Origin: Lama glama | Lineage: Eukaryota | Assembly (NCBI GenBank): GCA_028534125.1 | Contig: CM052816.1 | Location: 30,072,001-30,136,000 of the forward strand | Reading direction: 5' to 3' | DNA: 64,000 nucleotides | Notes under the pieces: generated by a model | The model's input: the letters and a program-made list of their open reading frames with translations, nothing else | Told to the model about the DNA's origin: nothing | Database searches by the model: none | Position numbers and translations under genes: made by a program | Part shown: piece after piece, positions 24,401-36,708 of the stretch | Layout: each line of letters starts with the position of its first letter | Position numbering within the stretch: position 1 is the first letter of the stretch

Positions 24401-25759
24401 GCAATTTTGAACTAGTGAAACTAAGGTGATATTGAAGGAAATAATATAAGGAACCATAAAACAATAAAAAGAATTGAGTTTTGGGCTACAGAACCTGTAT
24501 CTTTGAATTTATCAAGGATGGCCTTTGGGAATTTATTATGGTCTGAGTTGACTTGATACAGAATAACAGAAAGGGTACATTTGTACTACAGTATTATAAA
24601 TGTGAAAAGAAGTGTACATTGTAGTAGTTTATAAAAAAAAAGTGTATTTAAATATCCAACACCTTAATTTTAAAAGAGATATAGTCCGTACATGAAAACC
24701 ATTCATTAGAAGCTTACACTGTTCCATACTGTTTGTCAGTGTCAGGATTAACAATAAAAAAGTGTTCTCATGTGCATTGGAAGGCCTGAAATTTCATGTA
24801 ATACCTTGACATCTTCGAGCCTCCCAGGCCCCCGAAGCCTAGCTGTGAGTTCCCTGCTCTCGTGAGAACTGTCCCCACCTAGTGAGAAAGTCTCCCACCC
24901 AGCTAGGTCTCCTGTCAGCTGGGCCCGCTGCACCCCACCTGGACCTCGACCCAATAGACCGCCCTTCCTTTCCCTGCCAGCCAGTGAAGTTACTCAGACA
25001 AGCCAAACCCATCCTCATGGAAACCAAGGATCACCTCACCTTCTTGCCAACTACAAAGCCTGCCTCCCACAGGCCCTGCTGGTTCACTCTGTGGCCCCAT
25101 GTGAGCTGGCACTGCAGGCAGCATCTTCCCCCTCCTGGCCGTGAGTGTGGGACAGAGTGCCGATGTCGTCCGTCTAGTGTCAGATGTCCTGCATTTGGCC
25201 ATGTCACATCCTTTACGGCCTGAGATCCCTCCTGCACCAACAGGGTAAGTGGGGGTGATGAGAACAGCCTGTAGACTTAAACTCCGGTGCTTCCCTGAGC
25301 TTCTCCCAAATGCCTGCCAGCAGCCCTCTCCACTTTAAACCAAGGTCAAATCAGGAGTTAGCTCTTAGGAAGTTTTTGTTTTGTTGCCAGTTTTTGCATT
25401 GATTTGTGTGACATTCTCCCAATGCACTGTGATGTCTTATTCTTTCTCTACCTATAAAAGATAGTTCATCAAGTTCTAATCCAATAGTCCAATAAAAAGG
25501 GAACAACAGAGACATCACGGCAGAAGATACCATAATGCTTTTTATAATTAGTGGACTTGAATCCAGTCCAAACTGGTGAGGTTAGAAGTCAGTTTCTAAG
25601 AAGAAACACTATTCTTTAAAAACCTACTTTTTATGAACCCTTGTTAGCATGCAGGAAGCAGAACTTGTGACACGATATGAAGAAAATAAATCATGCTAGT
25701 ATGTTTACCAAAGCTTATAGTTACCAGTGTCAATGTGAATGGGAGTTAAGTCCAGAGAT

Positions 25760-25930
25760 TAGGGGTTGCAAACTCAAATAATGTCAGGAACCCGGTAGGT
25801 AATTAAATGGGTGAAGCAGGGTGGATGATGATCTAATTCTACATGTTGGCAACTAATTAAAATGTTATAAAAATAATGTATAAGCCAAACAAAATACATC
25901 TGTGGACCACATGTCCAAGGGCGACCCTAA
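25760..25930 (+). mobile_element. hAT-Charlie MITE, MER102-like
   Basis: aggggttgcaaactcaaat start; atgttggcaactaatt...gccaaacaaaatacatctgtggacc. Confidence 0.75.
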
Positions 25931-26189
25931 AACAACTTTTGAAATCCTACTAATTCTTCAAGGCCTGCATTGTATGCGTGTTTTTCTGAGCATTCTATTA
26001 AAGCAGAGGGGGCCCCATAGCACCTTTGCCGTCTCACTATTTCCTCAGTGGGGTGTTTATTCCTTGTAAGACTGAAGGTTCCTCGGGAATAGAGACCATG
26101 TATTATGATGCTCCCATTCTCACAGTTGAAGCACTTTATAAGTACATAATAATAATAACAGCAACAACAACGATAATCATGATAAAATA

Positions 26190-26435
26190 ATAATAGTAGT
26201 AGCTAACATTTATAAAGCTCTTTCCATAAGTCTGATGTACTTCTATTAGCTTTTATGTATGTTTAATATAAGAGCAATCTTGTGAGGGAGATACTACCAT
26301 CATCCCATTTTACTGATCAGAAAACTGAGGCACAGAGATGTTAAGTGACTGGTAAGTTTGCACAGCTGGTGAGGGGTGAAGCCAGTGAATTTCACCATTC
26401 TGATTCCATTACGTGTTTGCTTACCCTCTATGCTA
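26190..26435 (-). mobile_element. MIR SINE
   Basis: atcccattttactgatcagaaaactgaggcacagagatgttaagtgact core. Confidence 0.88.
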
Positions 26436-28059
26436 CAAGTATTAATTAATTCAACAAAATTAATTCTAGCCAAGAGTTTAAACCTTGTTTTTACTCATAA
26501 AGTTAATAAGTCTTGAGATGGCAGGCAGAAGGATCATTCTGTTTCATCCCCATTTCTATTTTCTTTCTGGCTTTTGTCAATCTTTAATCCCTAATGAGAA
26601 ATGGAATAGTAGAGTTAACATAACATAGTCATACCTGTAACATGTCACAATAGCTAGGTGATTTGCTCTCTCTGTTCAGAATTAAATGTAATTCACCATT
26701 CTGGTAGTTTTGTGTGTGCAATTGGCAGTTTAACAGCCAACCAAGAACTGTTGAATAGTTTGGTAGAAGAACTTAGGAGGAAAGAGACAATCCTTGGTGG
26801 TAAAGAGGGTGCTCTTTCTGTGATGGGCTGCTGTGAATAAATTACTGATGGGATGAAGAGGTTTTGTGACTGTGATTGTATCAGTGTTTGACCCCTTCTT
26901 CATTTTTTTCTTCTCTACGTGTAAAAGAAACTATTCATGTGTTGGGCCATTTCAGTGTGCATTCAGGATTATAAAAATATCTGATAATCATTTATGAGAG
27001 TAAGTTGCTCTGAGATTGTATTACCAATTGTTACTGTTCTTTGCTTATATAACAATAGAGCTCATGTTGTAATACACCAACAATGACTGTATCTTCCCTC
27101 TCTGAGTTTAAGATGAAGATTTGCCCTTCACACCTAGTCAAGTGTTTTCTGGTATGTTCTGACACTGCTTGGCTCTATGACTACTGAGAAAAGTCTCAAC
27201 AGTTTAATTTTTAGTGCCAGGATGTATGCAATGTAGGAAGCCACAGAAAAGAAAAAGGTGAGATCCTTGGTCCTATCTATTCCAACTCCTCTCCCAGCCA
27301 GATCACTTTCAGTGTCTCTTTAATGTCTATACGGCTGTAGACACATTTGGCACATGGCCTTTGGACAGCCCTTTGACATGACTGTGGACATGATGTGGCT
27401 ACTTTGATATTTGTCCTTGAAGCTTCTCACTGATGCTCAAGCTGAAACCCACCACCACCCCACCACAGAGCTGCACCTAACGCTTTGTCATTATCACCAT
27501 GTTTCAGCGTTTCTGCAGGCAATGAAAGCTTGTCTACCTAAAGTCCCATTGCCTTAGGACTGTGCATTTTTTAAATGATGATGGGTGCTAATGGAATAAT
27601 TTCATAGACAAGGCTCTGATAATGTTACTCTTCTCAAGTGAAAGTCAATTTTAGGCTAGTTAAAATGCACAGCACCTTTAGAAGGTCTTTAAGGAGTGAC
27701 AGGAAAATTAGAAATTTATGACAGACAAATCCAGAGGAGATATTTTGGTGAGTGAGGCCTTTTATAACTACAACTTATGGCAGCTGAGGAGAGATGGCTC
27801 CCTAAAGCGCTTGGGGTGCCCTTTGATTCATTTACCAGTGAACTGGCCATTGTGTTACACGTGGTGTGTGCACGTACACACCCACACACACCCGCCAAAC
27901 CTCTCTCACCTCTGCAGGGCATATAACCATAAACACACTTGTGGACTGACTGATTCAAAGCATAGCAGTGAAAAGATATGAATTCAAATAGTGTAACAAA
28001 GAATGTATAGAAGATTTTATCCAATTTAATTTGACATTTAAATTTTAATTTGGCATAAT

Positions 28060-28395
28060 CCAATGATACTCAAAAATTTTTGACAACTGAAATAGTTCAC
28101 TGTTGAGGAATGTTTAAATGTATTTTGTTAGGTTCATCAATAAATGGTATGTAATTATTTAAATAGTCACAAAACAGGGTTAAGTGAAAAAAAATTCAAT
28201 AATATATGTGTGTATAAATGTGTGTACACACACAGACACACAAACACACACATATATTTATAAAACCCTACATATTCCAGTATAAGACAGGAAGTCTATA
28301 AAATGATACCTTTCTGTGTTGATGAGGATGCTTTTTAATATTCATCTTTATATTTCTTTGAATTTTGGACAATTAACATGTATTAGTTTAAAAGT
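28060..28395 (+). mobile_element. Old L1 3' end fragment with (TG)/(CA) tract
   Basis: ttaagtgaaaaaaa...ttaacatgtatta pattern of L1ME 3' UTR. Confidence 0.45.
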
Positions 28396-29728
28396 ATTTG
28401 ATAGGCAGATGTGTTGGTAATGAAAGAAATAAATCTACGTGTGCCATGACAACATCAGCCTTTGGTTTTGCTGACGGATAAAGAGGCAGACAGGCTTCCA
28501 GTCCTGCTTCCCCCTAGCTATGAGATGTACTACAGCAACATGGCCTTGGCAAGCAAGACTCACTGTTTCTGTTCACTGATGGGAGAAGGAAAGGATGACT
28601 AATACCTCCTAAAGCTAGAAAAGCAGGATTGATGCTGAAGCTTCTTTCAGGGCATGCAAAGCCACCTTCGGAAGAAGATAGGGTGCAGGAGGCTATCTTG
28701 ACAGATGCACTAGCCTGGAAGATAGCATTCTCTGTACACCCAAGGCATTGCCGGTACTAACCCCAGTTTCAGGAACTTCCTATATCTTTATTTCCTACAG
28801 GAAGACTAAGAGCACCAAGAAGTTAGCTATTATTAACTGAATGGTTTCCAGGCTGATTGGGAAATTGCATTTTGATGAGAGTTACTCCCAAGTGACTAAG
28901 TCATGATCTTTTGTATTGGGGCAGCTGTAGACTCTGGCCCTTCTGGCCACCCCAAGACCCTCTAAGTCCAAGGAGCTTTTCTTTTGTCCTTCAGCCTCCC
29001 TATCAACCTGTCTTATGAGGGGCAAATAAGTAATATGGATTTCTCACATTAAATAAAAGTGTGAGAATTCTGCTTCTGTAACTAATGGAGCAACAGAGGC
29101 TAGATTTGCCCACCCACCTTAAATGACCAAATCCAGACAAAATGCAAACAATGGATTGTGGAGATAGGATGCAGGGCAGTCCAGGATGCTGATCCCGGAG
29201 AGAGGGGAAACAAACAAGAGAAGTATCAAGGATTGTCCCACCTTACTGCCTGGAGAGAATTTCCATGGCACAGCACAGGACAGGGAAGACAGGTGGAGTC
29301 TAGTAGTCTCCTTGAGTTGGAGTGGCAAACTTCAAAATGTCTTTAAGCCAAGGAGTCTGCAATTTGCAGGACAGAATACTGCAGAGATGATTGCTGCACA
29401 AAAAAAGAGAGATGCAAGGAGAGAGCTCTGAAGATCTGCTCACGGCTTCCCTTGAGTCTTCAAATGATACTGCTCAGTCCATGCATCCGAGGAGACTGTT
29501 TGAGGTTGGGAAAGAACAGCTGGTAAGGACAGACACAGCAATCCACATAGCCTGCACAGAGCCAGGAAGAGTTCGTGTTCTTCCTGACAGCATAGAGAAG
29601 ACTAAAACGCGTGACATTAGATGGAGTACCCAGAAGGGTGCTTGGTAGTGGGGCCAAGCTGAACCTAGACTAAAAACTGCTCTAGTTCCACTGAACAAAG
29701 CCTGTAATAGAGCTTTGCAGAAAAAATG

Positions 29729-30172
29729 TGTTACAGCTCAATTGTGACAGCAACCTGGATCCGGGCGAGAGACCAAGCAGCACTCAAGAGAGTTGGAGAA
29801 CTCAGGTTTATAACACCAGTGGGCCCAGAGGAGTTAACACTCCAAGCTCTGGACCCCATCTGTGGGTTTACACAAGCTTTTATAGGCTGTCAGTTTACAC
29901 TTTGCAACATCATATACAAATAAGGTATAACAAACGTCGACTAATTAGGAACAGGCTTTGTAGAATGGACCAATCAGAGGGGAGAGAAATAACCAATCAG
30001 GAGTGAGGGAAATGGACCAGTCAGGAGTGAGCTCCACTTTCCTAAAAGTTAGCTATTTCAGAGGGAAAAAGTGAGATAAAGCTGCTGGGCCAGGGAACCA
30101 GATGGTGCTGGCAGGAGAGTAGTGGCCCTGCCTGGGGGTCCTGCCGGTCTTTTTATGAGGCTTCCCACCTCA
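29729..30172 (-). mobile_element. Young solo ERV LTR, probably camelid-specific
   Basis: tgttacagc...cccacctca TG/CA ends; minus-strand TATA (cttttatagg ~29877), repeated ccaatcag units, polyA-like site ~29808. Confidence 0.85.
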
Positions 30173-30786
30173 GAGCCTTGAAAGCGTTAGACTGTTACTC
30201 AGTCACGTAACTGCACCTGAGAACAAAGCTGAAGAATATTTAAAGGAATATAAATATATGCAACACTCAAGGTAAAATTTGCTAAGTCTGGCATCTCATC
30301 TAATTATTAGTCATGCAAAGAAGCCAAAGAATATGACCTATAATGAGGAGAAAATTAATCAATAGAAAGAAACGGAAAACGACACAGGTGGTAGAATTAA
30401 TAGAAGGGGAAATTAAGAATTACTATAAATAGGTTTCCATATGTTCAAGAAGGTAGAAAAAAGAATGAACATATCAAGGAACTAGACAGAAGATATGAAA
30501 AAGATCCTGCTCAAACTTTTAGAGAGAAAAAAAATACAATGTCTGTGATAAAAGTATGCTAGATGAGATTAATAGCAGATTAACTGCAGATTAAACATTG
30601 CAGAATAAAAGATTAGTGAATAGAAGGACATAATAATACAAAGTAACTAAACTTAAACATAGAAAAAATAAAACAAAAAAAATACATAATCTCTGGGATT
30701 ACTTTAAGTGTTCTAATATATGCATAATATGGAGTCCCCAAAAGAAGGGAGGTCAGTACAGAGAACCTGCTTACAAAATAATGGCT

Positions 30787-32058
30787 CATATTTTATAATA
30801 ACTGTAAATGGAATATAACTTTTAAAACTGAATCACTATACACTATATAGTTGTATACCTGCAACTTACATAATATTGTACATCAAGTATACCTCAATAA
30901 AAAAATAAACCCACCCTCGAAAAAACACTGGTTCAAAAGAATGAGAAGACAAGCCACAAACTAGGAGAAAATATTTGTAAAAGATGAACCTAAGGACTTT
31001 AATCCAAAATATTAATTTTAAATTAATTAGTTTTAAATTCTTAAAACTCAATGGTAAGAAAATAAACAATCTGATTAAAACATGGCAAAAGATCTGAACA
31101 GACACCTCATCAGAGAAGATATACAGATGGCAGGGAAGCATATGAAAAGATGTTTGACATTACATCAGTGGGGAATTGCAAATTAAAACTACAATGAGAG
31201 ACCACCTACCTATTAGAATGATGAAAATCCAAAATACTGGCAACACCAAATGCTGTGGATATGGAGGATGTGGAATAACAGAAATCCAAATTCAGTGCCG
31301 GTGGGAATGAAACATGGTATAGCCACTTTAAGAGACAATTTGGTGGTTTCTTTCAAGACTAAATGTAATTTTACCATGCAACCCAGCAGCATGGTAATAT
31401 TTACCCAAATGAATTGAAAATTTATTTCCACACAAGAACCTGTGCATGGATGTTTATAGCAATTTTATTTATAATTGATAAAAACTGGAAGCAACCAAGA
31501 TGTCCTTCAATAGGTGAATGGATAAATAAACTGTGGTATATCCAAACTATGAAATATTATTTAGCACTAAAAACAAATGAGCTATCAAGACATGAGAAAA
31601 CTTTGAGGAAAATTAAATGCATATTACTAAGTGAAAGAAGCCATTGCAACCATATGACATTCTGAAAAATGCGTTACTACGAAGTCAGTAAAAAGATGAG
31701 TGGTTGCCCATGGTTAGAGGGGACGGGGTGTTGAATAAATGGAGCCCAGGATCTTTAGGGAAGTTAAACTATTCTGTATGATACTGCAATGGTGGATGCA
31801 GGTCATTTTATATTCATCAAAACCTGCAGAAAATAACGCCCCCCAGACTGAGTGCTGATGTTTATTATGGACTTTGGATGGTAACGCGTCAGTGTAGATT
31901 CACTGATTGTAACAAATGTACCACTGCAGTGGGGATGTCAGTAGTGGGCAGGTGGTGTGGGTGTACAGGGACAGGGAGTACATGGGAACTCTTGGTACTT
32001 TTTGGAGAATTTTGCCATGAACTTAAAACTTCTCTAAAAAATAAAGTTTGTAAATTAA
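30787..32058 (+). mobile_element. 5'-truncated L1MC1/2-like insertion with 12-bp TSD
   Basis: TSD aaaataatggct at 30775-30786 and 32059-32070; ORF 31414-31665 WKQPRCPSIGEWINKLWYIQTMKYY is the L1 ORF2 C-terminus; aataaa plus A-run at end. Confidence 0.85.
30825..30910 (+). mobile_element. Short artiodactyl-type L1 3' tail
   Basis: actgaatcact...ttgtatacctgcaacttacataatattgtacatcaagtatacctcaataaaaaa. Confidence 0.7.
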
Positions 32059-33060
32059 AAAATAATGGCTAGATTTCCAAATTGATAGTAGTGATAAACA
32101 CAGAGGTCCACCAAATTCAATAAGATCTAAATACAAAAAAGAAAAAACTGCACCACAGAAATCCTAATCAAGTTATTTATAATCTGTGATAAAGAGAAAA
32201 TCTTAAAAGCAGTTAAAAAAAAAGGATTATAGATTATAGAGAGAGGCACAAAGGTAAGAGAGCAGACTTTTTCTCAGAAGAAGTGGAAGTCAGAAAGAAG
32301 TGGAGCAACTTCTTTAAAGTATTGAAAGAAACAAAAACTTGCAGCTTCAAATTATATGTCCTACAAAAATATCTTTTAAAAGGATGATAAAATAAAATAG
32401 CCTTCAGATATACAAAAGCTGAAAGAATTAGACTGAAAGAAATAGTAAAGGAAGTCCTTTGAATAGAAGAGAAAGTGTTACCAGATACAAATCACAGTAA
32501 AAACAAAGAAAGGAAGAGAACTGGAAATGATGAAATAATGTAAAATCCTGTTCTTATTTTATCTTAAAAAATTGCTTTAAAATATAATTGAGTGTTTAAA
32601 ATTAACAAGGCTGAATTGTGGAATTTATAATGTATGTAGAATTTAAATGAATGATCAAAATAGAACAAAGGCTGGGAGAGGAAATATGTAAGTATAAGGT
32701 GCTAAGGTTCTTCTACTGCATGTGAAGTAGGTTAACATTAGTTGTAGATAGACTGTGATAAGTTAAAGAGGTATACTAAAATCTCCAATGCAACCACAAA
32801 GCAAGAAACTAACCAACAGAAACCAGTCCACAAAGGGGAGTAGCTTGTAGATCAATAAAGAAGATAAAATGGAATCATAAAAATACTTCATCCAAAAGAA
32901 AGTTGAAAACGAGAGAGAAATGGAAAAAAAATAAGTGAGTCAAGTAGAAAATAAAAAGCAAGACGCTAAAGTTAAACACAGCCATATAAACTGTTTCATG
33001 TGTATATGGCCCAACACTCCCATTAAAAGGCAGAGAGTCATACGTTAGGTTTAAAAAGCA

Positions 33061-33571
33061 CGTTTCCCTCTGGCTTACTTCACTTAGAATGACATTCTCC
33101 AGTGCTATCCATGTTGCTGCAAATGGCATTATTTTATTATTTTTTATGGCTGAGTAGTATCCCATTGTATAAATATACCACAACTTCTTTATCTAGTCAT
33201 CTGTCAATGGGCATTTATGATATCACTCGTGTGTGGGATCTGAAAAAAAAAAAAGACAAATGAACTTATATATAAAGCAGAAACAGACTCACAGACATAG
33301 AAAACAAACTTATGGTTACCAGCGGGGAAGGGAGTGGGAAGGGATAAATTGGGAGTCCGAGATTTGCAGATACTAACTGGTATATATAAAGTAGATAAAC
33401 AAGTTTATACTGTATAGCACAGGGAACTATATTCAATATACTGTAGTAGCTTATGGTGAAAAAGAATATGAAAATGAATATATGTATATTCACGTATGAC
33501 TGAAGCAATGTGCTGTAACACCAGAAATTAACACAACATTGTATACTGAGTATACTTCAATTAAAAAAAAA
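33061..33571 (+). mobile_element. Camelid-type young L1 3' end with 5' inversion (33061-33217 inverted)
   Basis: Inverted part encodes WYIYTMGYYSAIK..MPFAATW..LE.VILSEVSQ; direct part is 3' UTR plus polyA; TSD taaaaagca at 33052-33060 and 33572-33580. Confidence 0.92.
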
Positions 33572-36437
33572 TAAAAAGCAAGTTTCTACTAGAAACACAT
33601 TTTAAATATAAGGCACAAATAGTTTAAAAGTAAAAGGATAAAATAATATATGACATGCAAACTTTAATCTACAGAAAGCTAGAGCTTGGGTTTGGCCCAG
33701 ATATATTAAATTGAGCACCAAATTCATGAACTTAAAATGATTAAATAGTACTTTACAGGAAAAAAAATGATTAAATAGTACTTCATGAAATTAAAATGTT
33801 TGCTCTTTAAAAGACACTGTTATGGAAGTGAAAAGACAAGTCAATGACTGGAGAAATATTTTCAAAATATGTAGTTGATAAGGGACTTGTATTTAGACTA
33901 TGCAAAGAACTCAGTATTATACAATTCAATATTAATAAGACAAACAACCCAATTTAAAAATGGCCAATAGATTTGAATAGACAGTCTACTGAAGAAGACA
34001 CATGGATGTCATATTAACATTTTATGTTGCTTAATATCAGTAATCTTTCATGAAATGTAAATTAAAACCACAAAGGACTACTCACAAATAGCCTCTAGTA
34101 TCAGTAATACTAAAATACTAATTAATTACTTCAAGGGTGGGTGGCCAAGGACTTGGAAGAACTGGGACTCTCATACACTCCAATAGGAAGGGAAAGTGAT
34201 AAACCATTTTGGAAATCAGTTTGCTAGTTTTTCCAAAAATGAAAAATAGATCTACCATATGACCTAGACATTTCACTCCTAAGCATTTATCCAAGAGAAA
34301 TGAAAGCTTTTGTCTGCATAAAGACTTACATAAATGTTCATAGCAGCTTTATTTGTAATAGTTAAAAAATTGGAAGTGACTCAAATATCCATCAAGAAAT
34401 GCATAAATGCTTTGTGGTATATCCATATAGTGGAAACCTGATCAATCATAAAAAAGAATGAACTTTTAATATTCACAACAGTATGGATGAGTTTCAAAAT
34501 AATTATGCTGCATGAAAGAAGCCAGTTGCCCCCTGACAAAAATGAGAACATATTCTCTGATTCCATTTATATAGAATTTTAGAAAATTAATCTATATAGC
34601 ATAAAACAGATCCATGGTCGCCTGGGAGGAGAGGAAGTCGTGGAGGGGTGGGAGAGAGGCATCACAAAGGGGAACAAAGAAACTGTGGAGGAAATAGACA
34701 CGTTCATCATCTTAATTGTGGTGATGCTCTCATGAATGTATACATATGTCAAAACTAATCAAATTGGAGTCTCTAAATATGTGCACTTTTTAAATATGTC
34801 AGTTATACTTCAATAAAGCTGTACATTTTTTTGAAGATTCCAGATGAGACGTTTGTCAAGTGGGGCGGGCCTCCCAGATACGGCTACGTGAATCCAGAGG
34901 ATAACTCTCTGGAAGCTGGTTAGCTTCCACTGTGGGTTGGGATTTCCAGGTTTATAGCAAAGAGGTGCCTAGAGAGAGAGCTTCTGTATATGGAGTCCTC
35001 AGGGTTTGGCTTTTTGGAGCAATCTATTGTCCTGTTTGGTTTAATAAGCTCTACACCCCACTGCATTGCAATATAGGTCACAGGAAGGAGGAAAGGCAGA
35101 TTATTTGTAGGTTAAACAGCAAGGTAGCACAATACAGCTACCAGGCACTAGCTTTGATCATTATGACCTTAGATTTTAAACATAGATAATAAAAATGTGA
35201 GCGAAGTGATCTGGGACTAAAAATCATGAAGAATGGTTTTCTAGAGCCGTATATAAAATTTTACCTCATCTTAAATATCCAAATATGCCCATACACAGTT
35301 ACAATACGCTGGTTAACTTTAAGGTGGAGTAAAGTACAAATACTCTGTTTGAAATAGATTTGTCTAAAAGTTTCGACAAAAATTGATTTTTCATTGTTAA
35401 TGTTACAATCTCTGTATTGCACTGGTCTAAGACATAACATCCTTGTACATACCTTGAAAAAGATGCTGAGGGGAGAGGTAAGTCTTTATAGATTATTTGA
35501 CTTTATTAGTAGAGCTAAACCTTAAGGAGAGAACCTGACAAATATTGTTGGTTGTATTATTGTCTATGTTCCATGTCTTCGGAGTCTTTAGAATTTTCCA
35601 TTAACTCGTCCCAAAGGGAATTGGTTAAAGGACCCCCAAAAATATGGTGGAAAAAAATAAATGTGACAAATCACATGTGACTATAAAAAAATTACTGTGG
35701 TTATTATTGCCATTAAAAATATGAGCATAGCAATGAAAAAGTGTAGAACATTCTCTAAGGCTGTGAGGATTGTTTATAACTGCCCTAAGCATGCTATGTG
35801 AGTATGGAATATGTTATGGTTCAATTTGTTCTAGGACATTACAGCAGTTGCATTATTTCACTCATCAGAAAAAAAAAGTGTACAAACCTTAAATATTTTG
35901 GACATATTTCACCTTTGTACCATATGTGTCATGCTGTGGGCCGTGGGTTTATGGCAACTTAGAGCAGACACCTCTGTACAAAATGCAGTTCATTAATGTT
36001 GATTTTATTCATCTTGGTATGTGATGAAATATTTGTTTTGAATAGAGAGAAACAGATTGGAGTTGTATGAGTAAGACTCTTATTGATTGCAATTCCTTTT
36101 AAAAAAAAAGCTAGGTTACATTTTATGGCATAAACCAAAAATCCAGAAATTACTTATTAGGGATCCATATCTTCTGCACAGATCTGTGCAATGAGTCTGT
36201 AGAGCTGAGATCCACATAGTAGATGCACGAAAGATACAACCATGGATCATCATTATAAAAATTTTGACCAGTTAAAGTTATCTTTAACTCACAGAAATTT
36301 TATCAAGGGATTTGTAAGAAGTTTTCTTACCTTTGTTTACAGAAAATCCTTAAAATACATTAGTAATTATGAAAATATATTAGAAAGAATAATAATGAAT
36401 TCACAGAAACACTGAGACCATAACACAATTACATTTT

Positions 36438-36708
36438 TTTAATTTGATTTTTTATTGAAGTGTAGTTGATTTACGATGTTATTTTCAGGTGTACAGCAGA
36501 GCAATTCAGTTTTATACACTCACACATTTTCACATTCTTTTCCGTTATGGCATAGAATATAGTTACCTGTGCTGTACAGTAGTAGGTCCTTGTTTATCTA
36601 TTTTATATATAGTAATGTGTATCTATTAATTCCAAACTCCTAATTTATCCCTCCCTGCCTTTCCCCTTTGGTAACCATAGTTTGTTTTCTATGACTGTGA
36701 GTCTATTT
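36438..36708 (-). mobile_element. 5'-truncated artiodactyl L1 3' tail with 17-bp TSD
   Basis: ttttattgaagtgtagttgatttac...ggtaaccatagtttgttttctatg; TSD taacacaattacatttt (36421-36437) / taacacagttacatttt (36709-36725). Confidence 0.92.

Larger units (their letters stand above)
29065..34822 (+). mobile_element. Old L1 (L1MD/L1M-type) with 5' UTR, ORF1, internally deleted ORF2 and 3' end; host to several later insertions
   Basis: 5' UTR motifs (ccttactgcctggagagaatttcca), decayed ORF1 (30330-30790, 32070-32470), ORF2 start (acactcccattaaaaggcagaga), 3' end ...gtcagttatacttcaataaagctg. Confidence 0.75.
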
